Shown piece after piece: positions 60,516 through 64,000 of a DNA stretch of 64,000 nt (its first letter is position 1; the number at the start of each line of letters is the position of its first letter). The notes under the pieces are model-generated. The model was not told the origin of the DNA, did no database searches, and saw only the letters and a program-made list of their open reading frames with translations. The DNA is taken from positions 15,903 to 79,902 of the forward strand of contig JBALDB010000017.1 of assembly GCA_036918135.1 (NCBI GenBank), written 5' to 3'. The DNA is from Nostoc sp. (GTDB taxonomy: Bacteria > Cyanobacteriota > Cyanobacteriia > Cyanobacteriales > Nostocaceae). Both the position numbers and the translations under genes were made by a program.

Positions 60516-62533
60516 TTACACAGTTTTTAATCGACTGAAAATAGGTAGTATACACCTGGCTGAAGACAATGTCTTCACTTGAGACTATATTCGTATGCGA
60601 TAAATACAATCTTAGTGGTAGCTCAACCCACCATTATCGCATATTTTCTGGTATATCAGGAGATTGAGTGTTGTTACTATAACTGTTCCTATATCTGTCC
60701 AGAAAATAAAAAGACATTACCAAGTCTAGCTACAGGGTGGTTTATCTCCTCAAAGTCAACTGTGTTGCAAGTAATTTACAAAGCTTTTAAATTCTTTAGG
60801 TTTTTCTAGTTTTTTATCCTTCAAGGGTAATAGCGTCAGACTGCTTCCAGCTAATTATGACATTATGTAACTCAAAGATAAAAACTAGTTTACAGGGTTC
60901 ATCTGGGATATCTATAGACTCGAAAAAGATAGTTTTTGTTTAGCTTTGACGAATTATTTGTAGTACACAATTGACCAGAAATAATAGCGATTTAGAAGGA
61001 AAGCGCTTACCAAGTGTCTCAACATTCACAAGTTGAGCTAAATAGCTCATTGTAAGCTATCATCTCGTTCACAACCTCCAGTGATATTTCGGCAATATAG
61101 TTCGTTGTCTTGATAAAAAATCGTAAACCTCAAGTAAAGTAAACAATTTAAATTTCCAAATACCTATTTTTTCAAACATCGTTAATGATTGTATCATTGT
61201 TTTTTCTTTTGGGAGTATCTTCATATATTTTAAGGTTGATAGCTGATATTTACTAAACTAATTGATTTTAAAACAATCAATATTTACTAATATTGAAAAT
61301 CTCTAATTGGAAGTTAAATTTATTTTTTAAGGTTACAAAAATGACATCAAACCAGCAATACAGACCAAATTAACTGCATAGCTATTAAGCTCGATTTAAC
61401 TTCAAAATTAGCAATTATTAAAAGCTATAATAAAACATATTGAATTATAGTTAATAATTTTTTAGATGTTTTTTAGTGATTAATTTATATTTTTTTCATA
61501 AAAGTATTTTAAATTGTAATTTTGAGCTCAATAGTCAATGGTCAAAAGCCAATTTTTTAACTCTTGATTTTTGATTGTGAACATCCTCTAGAAATAAAAC
61601 TATGAAACTTGCCTATGTCCTATAAACAAAGAACAGCTTAAAGGATGTTTTTAAAGTGATACCTGATGTATTAAGAACCTAAAACCCTGGTAAATCCTCT
61701 TGAAAAACGAGGACTTAGAGAAGGTTTTCCTTCTGAAAAAGCAGGGTACAAGGGATATTGATAACAACGGTAGATTTTTAAACATCTGTTAGTAGCTTAT
61801 CAGTGGCGATCGCTCCATATATTCCTATAGTAATAATAGGCTGCCAAGCTGAAAAAACAAGTTAGTTTAGACATTGGTGCTATTAACTTCAAAAATGTGC
61901 TGCAATCGTCTTAACTCCTTGCAAGTCTTCTTTGTAGGTAAGTACTCATGCTCAATTGCTTAAGTCAGTACTACTCACACTGCTCATATATACGTGTTTT
62001 CCTATCTGTATCAGGCTAAATTTCTAAAAAGACAACTTCCCTAGAGGTGTGGAGAGTAGGGAGTAATGTAGTTGAATTAGGGCAAAAGCGCGATAAATCT
62101 CACCAAGCCCTTTGGATAAGGTATAGGCAAAGAGCAATAGAAGTCTGTCCGCATAATTAGATGCAAGCCTTCCTAAGTTTGGCTTGCCAGATGCTAGCGC
62201 TGCAACTTGTATGTGAATTTATTAATCGAGAAAATTAAATATTTAAAATTAGACCAGTAAGTGGCAATGTTTTGATACGTCCTTTTGAAATTCCCTAATT
62301 TTAATGACGAGGATTTCCCTATTGCTTACTGCCTATTTCCTTTGAATTTAAAAAATTAGGAATTACGACTTAGGAATTATATAGTGTCACTATTGAGGGT
62401 GAAATTGATGGCAGCTAATGTAGCTACCATCACACTGCTGATGAGAGCCAGTTGTTTGGCTGTCGGCAGAGCCGCGCAACGCACTGGCTCCTGATGAGTG
62501 CGAACACTGGGGCATTTTTTATTTGTCAGTCCT

Positions 62534-64000
62534 TTAATTAGTGGGAGTAGAGGGTTTAATTTGATTTCGCATTGTTTCAAAGCTGAAGGCAGCGGCGCCA
62601 AAAGTTACAAACAATACTCCCAGAATTTGCACAATATCCAAATTTTCTTGAATGATTAACCCAGCGAAAATCACGGTTAAAACTGGAATGCTACTACCGA
62701 TGAGGGCTGAACGTGAGGCACCTAACTTGGTAATCCCAGCATTGTTGAGCAAATAGCCAGAAAGAGTTAATACACCCAAAATAAATGCACTTAAAATAAG
62801 TTCCAGCATTTTTGTGGGGTCAATTAGCAAGTTCCAGTTGCTTGGTAAAGGTAACATCAAGCAAATAAAACTCAACAGCAACATCGTAGCGAAGTTAATT
62901 AAAGTAAAAGTCACCGGATGTAGTTTACTGGCACAGACTCGCGTCAGAATTATGTAAGCAGCAAAAGCTACACCCGAAATAATAGCAGCACTGCTTCCTA
63001 GTGAAGTATTACCAATACTAGTGGTAGGAGAAACTCCTAAAACCAATAATTCACCGCAGCAAATAGCCGCGATCGCTCCTACACGAAATATGGTTGGGCG
63101 ATCGCCCAATAGAAACCACGAGAATAGACCGGTAATCATCGGATAGATAAAGAAAAGCACGATCGCGATTCCAGTGGGGACTTGAGCGATCGCAATATAA
63201 ATTAGTACTTGAGATAAAAATAAAAAGCACCCACTGACAATTGATAACAGCAAAATCTGCTTGGTGGCTGCATTCGTAGGTGTGGGATTTCCTCGGACTG
63301 AATTAGCTAAGTTTTCCAAATCTTGCCACAGTCTAGGATGCAGTATGGGAGACAACAGTACTAACAGTGGTACTACCACCATAAATCGCATCGTCAAAAT
63401 TAAGAAGGTATTGCCCAAAGTGGGAGGTAACAACTGTTCTACCTCAACTACCCCAAAAATCTGGGAACCTTCGTGAAAAATTATCTTAATGGCTACGTTG
63501 TAAAGCGAGGATATGACTGTGGACAACACAATCAACAATAAACCGATTTGAATCGAGGATAAGCCTGAGGAGTTAGGCGATCGGCGTAACGGCGCTTTTG
63601 CTTCTTTAGGCGGCTCTAGCGCAGTCACAGGTGTGGATTTAGTTTTGCTCTGTGGCACACTTCTACGGAGGATAGAAGCTAGTTCGGGAGCATTGATTTT
63701 TAATGAAGGTTGTGTTGCTTCCCGCTGTGGAACTGATGCATCTGGAGGTTCTGATGTAGTTTTGCTTTTAGACAAGTCGTTGCTGAGGACAGAAGTTGGC
63801 TCAGTGGCGTTTTCCTGGGGTGTTAGAAGTACAGCACTCGGCTGGGGTGGAGTTTTTGGGGACGAGTCGTTGCTGAGGACAGAAGTTGGCTCAGTGGCGT
63901 TTTCTTGGGGTGTTAGAAGTACAGCACTCGGCTGGGGTGGAGTTTTTGGGGACGAGTCGTTGCTGAGGACAGAAGTTGGCTCAGTGGCGTTTTCTTGGGG
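62534..64000 (-). CDS. sepJ: Septal junction protein SepJ (FraG), 5'-truncated by the window edge
   Basis: C-terminal DMT/EamA permease preceded by a Pro/Ser/Thr-rich linker; frame stays open to 64000; located upstream of hetR. Confidence 0.88.
   Translation of the reverse strand, partial: PQENATEPTSVLSNDSSPKTPPQPSAVLLTPQENATEPTSVLSNDSSPKTPPQPSAVLLTPQENATEPTSVLSNDLSKSKTTSEPPDASVPQREATQPSLKINAPELASILRRSVPQSKTKSTPVTALEPPKEAKAPLRRSPNSSGLSSIQIGLLLIVLSTVISSLYNVAIKIIFHEGSQIFGVVEVEQLLPPTLGNTFLILTMRFMVVVPLLVLLSPILHPRLWQDLENLANSVRGNPTPTNAATKQILLLSIVSGCFLFLSQVLIYIAIAQVPTGIAIVLFFIYPMITGLFSWFLLGDRPTIFRVGAIAAICCGELLVLGVSPTTSIGNTSLGSSAAIISGVAFAAYIILTRVCASKLHPVTFTLINFATMLLLSFICLMLPLPSNWNLLIDPTKMLELILSAFILGVLTLSGYLLNNAGITKLGASRSALIGSSIPVLTVIFAGLIIQENLDIVQILGVLFVTFGAAAFSFETMRNQIKPSTPTN
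63771..64000 (-). repeat. 90-bp coding tandem repeat in the sepJ linker
   Basis: Units start at 63771, 63861 and 63951 and encode PQENATEPTSVLSNDSSPKTPPQPSAVLLT. Confidence 0.92.

Overview
Chromosomal segment of a heterocyst-forming cyanobacterium (Nostocales). Evidence: hetR with the 3' part of sepJ, abundant HIP1 (GCGATCGC) octamers and STRR heptamer repeats. The backbone is housekeeping: smc, a Ski2-like helicase, pipX-pipY-sepF-proC, a TrpE/PabB-family gene, der, psaK, trpF, ado-aar-accA-SDR-folE, moaA and rpsD. The most notable accessory region is about 44.6-52.4 kb. There, three small genes ending in Cys-rich W-C..C tails alternate with two ~810-aa filamentous-haemagglutinin (TpsA-like) genes. 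Two of the small genes share an N-terminal leader-like domain and a ~70-bp upstream element. The third is a chimera of a TpsA signal peptide/N-terminus and a near-copy of the first gene's Cys core. Other notable items: a leader-bearing one-spacer orphan CRISPR array (18.4 kb), a near-consensus sigma70 promoter overlapped by a cyanobacterial LexA box upstream of an uncharacterised 463-aa gene, many small mobile repeats (some inserted in frame in smc and the TrpE/PabB gene) and several gene relics. All calls come from reading the sequence and from recalled family knowledge; no searches were run.
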